From Dehalococcoidales bacterium (GTDB taxonomy: Bacteria > Chloroflexota > Dehalococcoidia > Dehalococcoidales > RBG-16-60-22), in NCBI GenBank assembly GCA_034432135.1, contig DAOUCO010000116.1:2310-66309 (forward strand): DNA of 64,000 nt, given 5' to 3'. Positions within the stretch are counted from its first letter, which is position 1. Each line of letters opens with the position of its first letter. Shown piece after piece: positions 19,646 to 29,966 of the stretch. The notes beneath the pieces are model-generated. The model searched no databases. It saw nothing but the letters and a program-made list of their open reading frames with translations, and was not told the DNA's origin. The translations under genes were made by a program, and so were the position numbers.

Positions 19646-19681
19646 TTGTCGGCTCGCTAACCTGTTAGCTCGACATTACCG

Positions 19682-21841
19682 TTATTCGATTACAATTTGT
19701 GATGGGTCAGTAACGTCTATTTTTGTTCCACCGAACCCATTATCGACAATTTTACCGGTGACCTTAATTATCTTGCCGACAAAGGTCGCTTCAATGTCTG
19801 ATGGGAACTCACTCAAAATATCGTTACTGATAACTACTCCAAACCCAGCCATATCCGTACTGCCTATCTGTAATATATACATTCCAAAATTCACTATGCC
19901 GACGCACGGCCCTTCCACAGTGACAGTTTGATTAAGATAGTCCCTGACATCCTCCCAGTTGATTACAGTCCCTGGAGGTAAGGTTGCTGTTGGAGACTGG
20001 GTAGTCGTCGTAGGCCGAGGGGCAATAGTTGGCGGGGGAGTTGGTTTTATCCCCGTGAGTTCTTCTTTCAAGACCTCGTCAATCCAGATATATTTAGGCC
20101 AGCTAGCATTATAACCTAAAGCGTATTCACCGGAATAATTTTTAACCCAAGGCTGCCAAAAAGTGTATGTAAATGGAACTGGCCGAGGAATATACCATGC
20201 TTGCTCAAGGACATAGGGCATGATTTGACGGTGTAACTCATCGACTTTCGCCTGGTTTAGTAGGTTATATTTCACCATTTCTTGATAGACCTCTTCTACA
20301 TGAGCATCGTTGACCCAACTTCGGTTGAAGGTACTTGACCCTCGGAAAGCAAACAACTGAGCGTAGGGGCCAGGTTGTACATAGAAAGAATACATCATAT
20401 CATCGTACTGCCTGGATAAAGACATGCCCATATAGGCACCAAACTCTAAGGGTTCAATTGTCAGTTCCACCCCGATCTTTTCCCACATATCCTTAACCAA
20501 TGAGAGATAGTCAATATAATCAGGATAGTTCCAGGTAGCTATCTTACATGAAAAACCATCGGCATAGTCCGCTTCTGCCAATAATCTCTTTGCCTCTTCG
20601 ACGTTATGGCTATAGAGTGCCTTCACGGTATCCGGCATTTCGTCCATAGACATGTAGGCGTTTTGATACCCTTTAATGTTGGCTAACGGAAAAGCAAGGA
20701 TCTCAGAATCGCCACCATCTAGCTGCTTTATGGCTTCAAAATCGATAGCCATCGTCAGAGCCTGCCGTACTCTTATATCCTTATATGGTAAATCCTGCTT
20801 ATCTGTTCTCATGCAAATAACCATATTCCCACCCAGAGCCTTATGCCATATAAGTTCCGGGTTGGTTTGCATCAGGCTTACTGCATCATCGTGGGTGAGA
20901 CCTTGAACCACGTCGACTTTTCCGGTGCGTAATGCAGCAAGTTGGGTGGAAACGTCGGGCATAACCAACATCTGTACAGCGTCAATATAGGGTAATTGAT
21001 TCCCCTTTCCCGGACCTACCGGGTCCTTTTCCCAATAATCTGCATTTCTGACAAAGGTACACGAACTACCGGGAACATAATCTGCTACGATGAAAGGCCC
21101 CGTCCCCACCGCATTATGCCAATCTGTAAGGTCACCATATTGTTCAACAACTTCATGAGGTACGACTTCTCGCTCGGGAAGCAACAACCACATTGGGTCC
21201 ACGCAATCTAACGGTGTACGGACCTGTACTGTCCAATCATCGATTTTAGTCACCACTGTTGATTTAGCCATTGCTGGTTCGCTAATAGCCAGGAAAGACG
21301 TCGGCGTTTCAAGGTGCCGTTTAAACGAATAAACTACATCATCGGCCGTGACCTCTCGACCACCAACAAGCTGGCTGGCTGGATTATTAGGGTCAAGAGC
21401 GAAATGTACTCCGTGGCGAATATGGAAAATAAATGTCCCCGGTTCAGGGATCTCAAAACTCTCAGCAATATCACCGGTAGTATACTCAATACGTTTTAAT
21501 GCATTCATATCCCACAGCATGTCACCGGTGCCGGCCGGACCTTTTGACCAATCGCCTATTACGACACTGTTATAAACCAGATACAATTGAAGAAGAAAAC
21601 CGGCCGGGTATTTGGCATTGTCCCAACCCTGTATATCTGTAGTTTGTGCAATGGTTAACGTACCGCCATACTTCGGTAGTTCAACTGTGGGAGTTGTTGT
21701 GGTAGTAACGGCAATCGCCGACGTTGCTGGTGTTGTTGATGTTGTTATTTCCTCTGTAGCACATGTACACGAGCCTGCCAGTAAAGCTACCAGAGTAATG
21801 CAGGTGATGAACCAGGTTCGGAGTAATTTGTTACATTTCAT
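19682..21841 (-). CDS. ABC transporter substrate-binding lipoprotein (family 5, peptide/nickel type) with extra C-terminal domain
   Basis: Signal peptide with a Cys (LLAGSCTC) and a Thr-rich linker, followed by an SBP_bac_5-like body. A second P/T linker (PTPPPTIAPRPTTTTQSPTATLPPG) then leads into a ~95-aa beta-rich terminal domain. Confidence 0.8.
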   Translation of the reverse strand: MKCNKLLRTWFITCITLVALLAGSCTCATEEITTSTTPATSAIAVTTTTTPTVELPKYGGTLTIAQTTDIQGWDNAKYPAGFLLQLYLVYNSVVIGDWSKGPAGTGDMLWDMNALKRIEYTTGDIAESFEIPEPGTFIFHIRHGVHFALDPNNPASQLVGGREVTADDVVYSFKRHLETPTSFLAISEPAMAKSTVVTKIDDWTVQVRTPLDCVDPMWLLLPEREVVPHEVVEQYGDLTDWHNAVGTGPFIVADYVPGSSCTFVRNADYWEKDPVGPGKGNQLPYIDAVQMLVMPDVSTQLAALRTGKVDVVQGLTHDDAVSLMQTNPELIWHKALGGNMVICMRTDKQDLPYKDIRVRQALTMAIDFEAIKQLDGGDSEILAFPLANIKGYQNAYMSMDEMPDTVKALYSHNVEEAKRLLAEADYADGFSCKIATWNYPDYIDYLSLVKDMWEKIGVELTIEPLEFGAYMGMSLSRQYDDMMYSFYVQPGPYAQLFAFRGSSTFNRSWVNDAHVEEVYQEMVKYNLLNQAKVDELHRQIMPYVLEQAWYIPRPVPFTYTFWQPWVKNYSGEYALGYNASWPKYIWIDEVLKEELTGIKPTPPPTIAPRPTTTTQSPTATLPPGTVINWEDVRDYLNQTVTVEGPCVGIVNFGMYILQIGSTDMAGFGVVISNDILSEFPSDIEATFVGKIIKVTGKIVDNGFGGTKIDVTDPSQIVIE

Positions 21842-22284
21842 GGTTTTAGCCTCCTTTTTTATGGTTTTATCTTATAATTTTCTATTGTTACCGCCTTGAT
21901 TAAAAAAGTTGTTTTCCCTCCCTCATGTTTGAATATTATCCATTTAGGCCAATTCTTATCGTCACACTCGGGATAGTCTTCTCTAAAATTTAAACCCTCC
22001 GTTTTTCTTTCTCAATAGTAGATTAAGGCTGAAGGAATATTAATGATTTTGCATATGTTATATGATTTCAATAATAAATTAATATATGAAGTTATAAAAT
22101 ATTATACTATATTTACGATACATGTCAAGTAGTTTTTAATGATTTTCGGTTAAGTTAAAATATGTGTAAAAACAATTGACCTTCTAGATTTGATTTATTA
22201 ATTTATTTATTTTAACTAGCATTTTTAGTTTTATAGCTTGTATATCCTTTATTTCAATTTTCAGAAAAGATTTTTTTAAAATTA

Positions 22285-23265
22285 CTAAATGTTTAGATGG
22301 CAGGCTACCCAGTGATCTCCGCCGATATTTTTAAGTATGGGAATTAATTCGCGACAGGATTCCTTAGCATGAGGGCATCTTGGATGAAAAGAGCAGCCGC
22401 TAGGAGGGTTCATCGGGCTGGGAACATCGCCTGTTAAGATGATACGCTTTCGTAGTCGATCCAATGAAGGTGCGGGGATGGGAACCGCGGAAAGTAATGC
22501 CTGGGTATAAGGATGAAGAGGATTACCGTAGAGTTCGTCACTTTCGGTAATTTCTACGATTTTACCTAGATACATAACAGCAACACGATCGCTAATATGG
22601 CGCACCACAGAAAGGTCATGGGCAATGAATAGATAAGTGAGATTAAGTTCTTCTTTCAGTTTTATTAATAGTCTGATAATCTGTGCCTGTATTGATACGT
22701 CTAGTGCAGATACGGGTTCGTCACAGACAACAAATTTAGGTCTAACAGCTAGTGCCCGGGCAATCCCTATGCGTTGCCGCTGGCCACCACTGAACTCATG
22801 AGGATAACGTACAGCCATTCGTGGCTCAAGCTCGACCATGTTTAAAAGCTCTGCAACACGGTCCCTATATTCTTTACCCTTTGCTACTTTGTGTTCTAAA
22901 AGTGGTTCGCCTATAATGTCACCGGCTGTCATCCGCGGGTCAAGAGACGCGTAAGGGTCTTGGAAAATAAGTTGTATGTAACGGCGCATTTTTCTTAACT
23001 TTTCACCATGAAGTTTGGTAAGGTCTTCACCTTCAAAAATTACTTCTCCTGAGGTAATTTTATATAACTGTAAAATACTTCGTCCGAGAGTAGTTTTACC
23101 GCAACCGCTCTCGCCGACAAGTCCTAATGTTTCTCCCCTACGAATAAAAAAGCTAACATCATCTACTGCCTTGACATCAGCGACTTTCCGACGAAACACA
23201 CCAGCAGTCACCGGGAAAAACATTCGTAAATTTTTAACATCGATTAGCGTATTATTGTCTGCCAT
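22285..23265 (-). CDS. Oligopeptide/dipeptide ABC transporter ATP-binding protein (OppF/DppF-like)
   Basis: Walker [10 protein letters not shown], signature FSGGQRQR, Walker [12 protein letters not shown], and an oligopeptide C-terminal Cys motif. Confidence 0.85.
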   Translation of the reverse strand: MADNNTLIDVKNLRMFFPVTAGVFRRKVADVKAVDDVSFFIRRGETLGLVGESGCGKTTLGRSILQLYKITSGEVIFEGEDLTKLHGEKLRKMRRYIQLIFQDPYASLDPRMTAGDIIGEPLLEHKVAKGKEYRDRVAELLNMVELEPRMAVRYPHEFSGGQRQRIGIARALAVRPKFVVCDEPVSALDVSIQAQIIRLLIKLKEELNLTYLFIAHDLSVVRHISDRVAVMYLGKIVEITESDELYGNPLHPYTQALLSAVPIPAPSLDRLRKRIILTGDVPSPMNPPSGCSFHPRCPHAKESCRELIPILKNIGGDHWVACHLNI

Positions 23266-24269
23266 TATACTGCTACCTCTGCCAGTTGATTCACTTCATT
23301 GCTTCTGAAACAAGCAGCATAATGGTCTTTACCTACCATATTAAGCTCAGGTCTCTCATGCTTGCAACGGTCAACTGCTAATTTGCATCTGGGGCTGAAG
23401 GCACACATATCTTGTGATAACCGAACCAGATTGGGCGGAAGACCATCGATAACACTTAGGCTTTTTTCCCTTGGTAAGTCAAGACGAGGTACTGAGGCGA
23501 TTAATCCTATAGTGTAAGGGTGACGCGGTTCTTCATAAATTGCATTAGTAGGGCCTTTCTCTATTAGTCTACCAGCGTACATTACATTAACACTATCGGC
23601 ATAACGAGCTACAATTCCTAAGTTATGAGTGATAATAATAACCGCCGTATTGAATTGTGTCCGCAGGTTGTTTATCAGATCCAGAAGTTGTGCCTGCACG
23701 GTGACGTCAACTGAAGTTGTCGGTTCGTCAGCGATGATTAGCGAAGGCTTACAGCTTAATGCCATAGCAATCATTATTCTCTGTTGCATTCCGCCGCTAA
23801 ACTGGTGTGGGTAATCGTTTACCCTTCTTTCTGCGTCGGGTATGCCTACCAGTTTAAGTAATTTCACTGCCTCTTCAGCTGCAGATGCTTTATCCATCGA
23901 TAGATGAAGCTCCAGTGATTCGCATATCTGACGGCTGATACTTAATACCGGATTGAGAGAGGTCATCGGCTCTTGGAAAATCATCGCGATGCGCCCCCCT
24001 CTTATTAATCGCATTTCCTCTTCGCTAATTTTTAAGATGTCCCGACCTTCAAAAAAGATTTCACCGCCAACAATAATACCCGGGGGATAGGGGATGAGCC
24101 GCATGATCGATAAAGCACTTACACTCTTACCACATGCGCTTTCTCCCACTAATGCCACGCATTCCCCCTGTTTTACGCTATAAGATAACCCGTCAACAGC
24201 TCTTAATTCGCCTTCCTTCACATAGAAGTAGGTTTTTAAGTTTCTTATGTCTAGTATTACGTCTGCGAT
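23265..24269 (-). CDS. Oligopeptide/dipeptide ABC transporter ATP-binding protein (OppD/DppD-like)
   Basis: The track ORF starts at GTG 24221. The conserved first strand [15 protein letters not shown] lies in frame upstream of that. No ATG, GTG or TTG occurs between the upstream in-frame TGA (24276-24278) and 24221. ATC at 24267-24269 sits 6 nt after AAGAGGTGA. Confidence 0.75.
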   Translation of the reverse strand: MADVILDIRNLKTYFYVKEGELRAVDGLSYSVKQGECVALVGESACGKSVSALSIMRLIPYPPGIIVGGEIFFEGRDILKISEEEMRLIRGGRIAMIFQEPMTSLNPVLSISRQICESLELHLSMDKASAAEEAVKLLKLVGIPDAERRVNDYPHQFSGGMQQRIMIAMALSCKPSLIIADEPTTSVDVTVQAQLLDLINNLRTQFNTAVIIITHNLGIVARYADSVNVMYAGRLIEKGPTNAIYEEPRHPYTIGLIASVPRLDLPREKSLSVIDGLPPNLVRLSQDMCAFSPRCKLAVDRCKHERPELNMVGKDHYAACFRSNEVNQLAEVAV

Positions 24270-24275
24270 GGTGGT

Positions 24276-25244
24276 TCACCTCTTTTTTATTTGTGCCGCT
24301 CTACCGTAGCGCCCTAAGCCACCCCTCAATCTTGGATCCCACAAATCACGCAATGCATCTCCAAACATATTTACGCCATATACTGCTAAAGCAAGAGCAA
24401 CACCTGGCCATAAAGCCATCCATGGAGCTTGGAGCATATAACGGCGCGCTGAACCTTGAAGCATACTGCCCCAGGTGGGTGTAGGAGGCGGAATGCCATA
24501 TCCGAGAAAGCTCAACATCGCCTCAGAAAGAATCATACTGCCTACTGTAAGGGTGAATCCAACTATAATCACAGGCATTATGTTAGGCAGAATATGGCGG
24601 AGCAGTATACTCGAAGTTTTAGTTCCGGTGGCTTCCGCTGCTTGGACATACATATTCTGTTTGACTCCTATAACAGCGCTCCTGATGGTTCTTGAAGCCA
24701 TAAATCCGGTGGTAATACCTAACACCAAAATAACCGGCACTAATCCTTGACCGATAATAGCCATTATGGCAATATAAAGGATTAATGATGGGAAACACAT
24801 AATAGCATCAACCAACCTTTGAAATATTATGTCGAACTTTCCTCCAAAATACCCTGAAATACCCCCGACCAGAAACCCAACAACCGCACTAAGGGCTGCC
24901 CCGGCTAGACCGACAATCATTGAGACACGTGCGCCATAAATAATGCGACTAAGCATATCACGCCCCATGTTATCGGTTCCTAAAAGGTGTGTGGCGGAAG
25001 GAGGACTCAAACGCTCGCTTAAACTGGTTTCGTTATATCCATAAGGAGCCAAAAAATCGGCAAATATACCCACCAAGAATAATCCCACAACAATGATTGC
25101 ACCTATTAGACCAAGCGGTTTTTCCTTAACCAGTCTGATGCACAGGTCGACGAATATGCCATGTCTTTTCTCTTCGGTTTTTCCCCCCGGAATTCCTTTT
25201 ACTATCATTGAGGGTGGTATATTTTCGTTTCTCTCGCTCACCAC
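24276..25244 (-). CDS. ABC transporter permease (OppC/DppC-like)
   Basis: 322 aa, multi-TM BPD_transp_1 type, in operon order with the ATPases. Confidence 0.8.
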   Translation of the reverse strand: MVSERNENIPPSMIVKGIPGGKTEEKRHGIFVDLCIRLVKEKPLGLIGAIIVVGLFLVGIFADFLAPYGYNETSLSERLSPPSATHLLGTDNMGRDMLSRIIYGARVSMIVGLAGAALSAVVGFLVGGISGYFGGKFDIIFQRLVDAIMCFPSLILYIAIMAIIGQGLVPVILVLGITTGFMASRTIRSAVIGVKQNMYVQAAEATGTKTSSILLRHILPNIMPVIIVGFTLTVGSMILSEAMLSFLGYGIPPPTPTWGSMLQGSARRYMLQAPWMALWPGVALALAVYGVNMFGDALRDLWDPRLRGGLGRYGRAAQIKKR

Positions 25245-25255
25245 ACACTTTTTCC

Positions 25256-26245
25256 TTATCTATACTGAACTCTAGGGTCTATCCAAGCGTAAAAAAGGTC
25301 AACCACAACATTGGATAATAACACTATGACAGCTAGAAGCATGTTTATTCCTTGAATCAAGGGATAATCTCGCTGGCTCAATGCCTGAAAAGTCAAAATA
25401 CCAACTCCCGGTAGTGCAAATATCTGTTCCATGATCACTTCACCGACAATCACCATTGGAATCATACCCCCTATAATGGTGACTATCGGTAATAAAGCAT
25501 TTTTAAGCGCATGCCTTATAGTAACCGCGCGTTCTTTTAAACCCTTTGCCCAGGCAGTCCTTATATAATCCTGTCTTAATGTTTCCAACATCATTGTTCG
25601 TATCATTCTCATCAGTGTGCCGCCCATTACCATGCCAGTTATGAAGCCCGGAAGTATAAACTGTGCCAAGTTTCCCAAAAAATCTTCAGTAATCGAGATG
25701 TATTCCGTGGGAGGCGACCATCCCCACCAGATAGGTGGATAGACAAATATTAACGTTGCAATCCAAAATGAGGGAACGGAAATGAATATAATCGCAAGGC
25801 TACGGCCAAAATAATCACCTATTGTATCTTGTCGTATCGCTGAATAAATACCGATAGGAAAAGAAATCAGGAGAGCTGTTATGATAGCAATAAGCCCAAG
25901 CTCAATAGAAATTGGAAGTCTTTCAACTATGAGCTTGATTACATCTTCATTTTTCCATAAGGATTTTCCCAGATTCCCTTCAAAAAGGCCTTGGTACTCA
26001 CCTGTCTCTTGGGGTGCTACCCCTAACCATCGGAAAAATTGGATATAGATTGGTGCATCTAATCCCAGTGCTTTTTCAAGGTTCGCTCGGGTCATTTCCG
26101 ATGCCGTTCCGGATGTGTTCATCTGAGCAAGCATCATATCAATAACATCACCTGGTATGAAGCGTGTAGATAAAAAGACTAATACAGCAATTAACAAAAA
26201 GGTGGGTATAATTAAAAACAATCGTCTAATTGCGTAAGCAGTCAT
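25256..26245 (-). CDS. ABC transporter permease (OppB/DppB-like)
   Basis: N-terminus MTAYAIRRLFLIIPTFLLIAVLVF is typical of OppB. 329 aa. Confidence 0.8.
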   Translation of the reverse strand: MTAYAIRRLFLIIPTFLLIAVLVFLSTRFIPGDVIDMMLAQMNTSGTASEMTRANLEKALGLDAPIYIQFFRWLGVAPQETGEYQGLFEGNLGKSLWKNEDVIKLIVERLPISIELGLIAIITALLISFPIGIYSAIRQDTIGDYFGRSLAIIFISVPSFWIATLIFVYPPIWWGWSPPTEYISITEDFLGNLAQFILPGFITGMVMGGTLMRMIRTMMLETLRQDYIRTAWAKGLKERAVTIRHALKNALLPIVTIIGGMIPMVIVGEVIMEQIFALPGVGILTFQALSQRDYPLIQGINMLLAVIVLLSNVVVDLFYAWIDPRVQYR

Positions 26246-26743
26246 TCCGTTCCTTTAACATTACAGTTGAACTCAAGATTAGATTGATATTATATACTTT
26301 TAGATCGAGTTTAATTGCTTATATGAAATATAAAATAATTCATATATAATATCACTTATAATGTCATATGAGAATTTATTTAAAAAATATAATATATTTC
26401 TAAAATAATGTCAAGCGATATTAAACAATACCAAAATATACAGAATAATTTAAAAAATTCCCTTTATTTTTTCTAATATTAATATATTATATATTCGGGA
26501 TATAGTGCCTTTAGTGGTCCAAACTAAGTTTAACTATTACCGGATAAATACACTTTAGGAGACACATCTAAGATATATAAGTTATGAAATAATGGCGCGA
26601 ATATGTTTAAAAAGGATATTTTATGTTAATTATTTAAGATTAAGCTTAAATGAATTATTTACTTTATTAATAAATACTCTAGAAAAGCTTTTTCTACCCG
26701 TACGGTAACTTACTTTATTCAACAAACAATCATTAGTTATTTT

Positions 26744-27247
26744 TTAAGGTAAAAATTGTGGTTTGAAATCCAAACCCAGGAGATTACGCGTAATATCGCG
26801 CACTTTTTTCAATAGATTGTAAAGTTGGTTTTTTTCCTCGACAGAAAGCTGGCTAAATATCAGATGGATTGAATATTCTGTGACTTTCTCATTGTATAAG
26901 AAATCACCTTTTTCAGTTAACGTAATATAATTCTTCAATTCCCCCTTTTTTTTGGCCTTCTTTACTAATCCTTTTTTTTCCATTCGGTTGATGAGAGTGG
27001 AAACTGAATTGAATTCCTTTAAAGTCCACTTCGCCAGCTCGTCTATCGTGATGGGTCTGTTCTCTCGAGAAAGCATATTCATAATTCTAACTTGGGCTTG
27101 GGTAAGCCGCAGATGTTTGAGTTCAAGCTCAACTGCATTATTCACAACACTGTGAGTTTGATCAAGTATGATAAGGAGATTAATATCTGGATCATTTTTT
27201 TTGGAGATTTTGCTTTTTTTATTTTCATCTTGATTGGGTTTATTCAT
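26744..27247 (-). CDS. MarR family transcriptional regulator
   Basis: Winged-HTH pattern LTQAQVRIMNMLSREN.PITIDELAK....NSVSTLINRMEKKGLV. Confidence 0.8.
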   Translation of the reverse strand: MNKPNQDENKKSKISKKNDPDINLLIILDQTHSVVNNAVELELKHLRLTQAQVRIMNMLSRENRPITIDELAKWTLKEFNSVSTLINRMEKKGLVKKAKKKGELKNYITLTEKGDFLYNEKVTEYSIHLIFSQLSVEEKNQLYNLLKKVRDITRNLLGLDFKPQFLP

Positions 27248-27556
27248 TTTACACCTTATTCTGGTAATTTATTTGACTCGTCTTTTTAGCTTAAAACATT
27301 CATATATGTAAATCAAGTAAAAGATAGAGTGAAAGCATATAATTATTTCTTTAAATAAAGAGCTATTACTGTACACTTTCTAATACTCTGCCTAGCCTTT
27401 ACTATTAGTTTTGGAGTATCTCCTTTATTTTTTCTGGCCTTACCCCTGAATTAGCGCACCATATATTCATTAAAATCCACTTCGTACAATTCCGGATACG
27501 GTGTAATACATATCCTCCATCTTATAAAAAAAATCATCAATTTTCAATTTCATTAT

Positions 27557-27939
27557 TTAGTCTTCACTTCGTTTAAAAAGTCTTTTTGAATAGTCCAAAA
27601 CAGATTTTCCAGCGATACGTCCTATTGTAAAAGCAAAACCAAATGATTGTGGCTCTTGATTCACCTATCGATGCTGTACTCTCCAAGGATAATATCTCCT
27701 GCAGCATAGATTCCTGGAATTATTTCCTCTTCCTTGGTTAACACTTTTATACTGCCATTGACTTTAATGCCGACCGAGGTACTATAAGCATTATTAAAAC
27801 TCTTAAACTACAGAATTTTGGTTTTGTTACAAGGCGGAAATATTTGCTATGTTTAGCATAATTATCGTTATAGCCCACCACCGATTCCTAAAACTACCAC
27901 ATCTGCTTTAACACGCTCTATGGTATTTACATGATTCAT
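27557..27939 (-). pseudogene. Remnant of an FAD-dependent oxidoreductase (fumarate-reductase/SdhA-like), internally deleted and frameshifted
   Basis: The N-terminal piece reads MNHVNTIERVKADVVVLGIGGGL followed by a stop. The C-terminal pieces read ...IPGIYAAGDIILGEYS... and, in another frame, GFAFTIGRIAGKSVLDY.... The middle ~400 codons of a normal enzyme are missing. Confidence 0.7.
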
Positions 27940-27980
27940 ATTTTTTATCCTTTACACTCAAGATTAAAGAAAAAATTGCT

Positions 27981-29684
27981 CTAGTTAGTTGGTTTGATTT
28001 TATACTTGTTAATCGGTATGGGTAATGTTGTAAGATTCATCTTCCCGTTGTCTTGTCTAATAATTATCCATTTAAGCCAGTTTTTATCATCACGTTTAGG
28101 AAAATCTTCACGGAAATGGCAACCACGGCTTTCTTCTCTCATCAATGCTGCTCTGAGTGTTAGTTCAGCGCATAAAGCCATACTTCTAATTTCATGGCAT
28201 TTACTTAGGTAATGTAGATCCTTTGCCTGTAAAATTGTTATTTTTCCCTTCAATTCTTCAAGCCTTGCAAGAGCTTCATTCAAGCGTTCTTTGTTACGGC
28301 GAAGATTATATTTCATGGGCGCAGTTATATTTTGCAGGATATTTATGGCGTTATCTGTGGGAAAACCTTTGGAACGCTTTAGAGGGGCGAATATTTCATT
28401 TTTGATAGCCTTTATTTCAGAATCTTTTACAGCAATTGAAGGGGTTTCTTTCGCGTAGCGAGCAGCTGAAGGAACAGCCCAAGCTGCGCTAATAACTGCA
28501 AACATAATCCCTGATCCAGGTGTTATACCTGGGGGTGAATTTACCGCCCCCGCCACTGCCGAACCAGCGTAACTAGCATCACCGATAGCCCATAGTCCTT
28601 CAAGGCTGGTCTTCATATCATGGTCCACCTTGATACATGAGGTTTCACCATGTAAAGGCACTGCTATCTCACGTTTGACATCTGGTGGCAACCCATACTT
28701 TTTTTCTTTTTCAGCTGTTCTTTGCGACCATTCATTTAATTTTGGCAAGTTGATGTGCATTTCACCACTGAATGGAGAGCTTGATGGTGGAGGGGCGAAG
28801 TATATTGGACCTCTTCCTTCGGCTACTTCTTTTTCTAGGCCAACGGCTAACTGCACAGGCAAGAATACGCCGGTAGGCCCTTCATCCGGTAAGTATTTCT
28901 TCGGTAAATTTTCACCTAGAGAATTTACTAGAAATTGATAACCTACCATACCACTATCAGTATCCTGATATACAGTATGGCCGTAGAGGTTACCATATTC
29001 GGCGTTTCTCATCTCTGCACCGGCACGATAAGCTGCGGCAATTCCATCACCAGTACCGGCAATCCAAAATCTCCTTATTTTATATCCACAACTACCATTA
29101 GCCAACACAATAGCTTTAGACTTGAAAACATAGAATTTCCCAGTAATGATATCGAAGCCTACAGCACCGATAATTTTATTCGATTGTTTTACTAAGTCGA
29201 CAATGTGTATTTTATTAAAAAATCTTGTCCCCATTTTACGCGCTTTAGCTGCTAAAGGTAACATTAAATCAATATCGATAAATGTCATTGACCATTCAGG
29301 AGCCCAGAAAGCGGGAATAGTTACAAGTTTACCGTCCGGAGTTTTGGCTAATTTGGCGCCCCACTCACTGAATTGCTCTATTGCCTTATAAGTACTCTGA
29401 ACATATTTTGCGAGTACTTCCTGATCGTTTAAATAATATCCGGAGTTGCGAACCTGAAAATCCATAAATTTATCTGCGTTGTTATTTGGCGAAAGAAAGG
29501 CCAAAATCCCGCCGATTTTCGTGGCTTTCCCAGCCCAGCCGATAGTCTGTTTTTCAACAATTGTGACATCTAAATTCGGGTTTTCCTCTTTCGTCTTGAC
29601 AGCCGCTACAAGGCCACCAACACCACCACCAACAATTATTATGTCTGTAGTAATGGTTTCAACCGAATCATTTATATTAGCCAA
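27981..29684 (-). CDS. FAD-dependent oxidoreductase (SdhA/FrdA/AprA-like flavoprotein)
   Basis: Dinucleotide fold DIIIVGGGVGGLVAA, plus AIGDASYAGSA and the C-terminal ESRGCHFREDFP motif. Confidence 0.8.
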   Translation of the reverse strand: MANINDSVETITTDIIIVGGGVGGLVAAVKTKEENPNLDVTIVEKQTIGWAGKATKIGGILAFLSPNNNADKFMDFQVRNSGYYLNDQEVLAKYVQSTYKAIEQFSEWGAKLAKTPDGKLVTIPAFWAPEWSMTFIDIDLMLPLAAKARKMGTRFFNKIHIVDLVKQSNKIIGAVGFDIITGKFYVFKSKAIVLANGSCGYKIRRFWIAGTGDGIAAAYRAGAEMRNAEYGNLYGHTVYQDTDSGMVGYQFLVNSLGENLPKKYLPDEGPTGVFLPVQLAVGLEKEVAEGRGPIYFAPPPSSSPFSGEMHINLPKLNEWSQRTAEKEKKYGLPPDVKREIAVPLHGETSCIKVDHDMKTSLEGLWAIGDASYAGSAVAGAVNSPPGITPGSGIMFAVISAAWAVPSAARYAKETPSIAVKDSEIKAIKNEIFAPLKRSKGFPTDNAINILQNITAPMKYNLRRNKERLNEALARLEELKGKITILQAKDLHYLSKCHEIRSMALCAELTLRAALMREESRGCHFREDFPKRDDKNWLKWIIIRQDNGKMNLTTLPIPINKYKIKPTN

Positions 29685-29715
29685 ATTAATACTCCTTTCA
29701 TTTAGTTAGTGATGG

Positions 29716-29955
29716 TTAAAATGATGAACGTAAAGGTGCGGGTATATTTGGAACTACTTCAATACATTGAGCCGGACATGCAATTTCACAAGCAAGGCAC
29801 CAGACGCAATCTTCTGGATACGCAACAACCGGTTTATCCTCGATATCGTCCCAGCGGATAACGTCTGCAAAACAAGCCTTCATACAGGATTTACAGCTTT
29901 GGCAACTATCGCGGTCGATTTTAATTTCTTTTACCCAAGTTTTAGGTGTTGCCAT
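29716..29955 (-). CDS. 2x[4Fe-4S] ferredoxin
   Basis: CQSCKSCMKAC and CVWCLACEIACP cluster motifs. 79 aa, lying just downstream (on the minus strand) of the 29967..30632 gene and immediately upstream of the flavoprotein gene. Confidence 0.85.
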   Translation of the reverse strand: MATPKTWVKEIKIDRDSCQSCKSCMKACFADVIRWDDIEDKPVVAYPEDCVWCLACEIACPAQCIEVVPNIPAPLRSSF

Positions 29956-29966
29956 ATTCTCACCTC

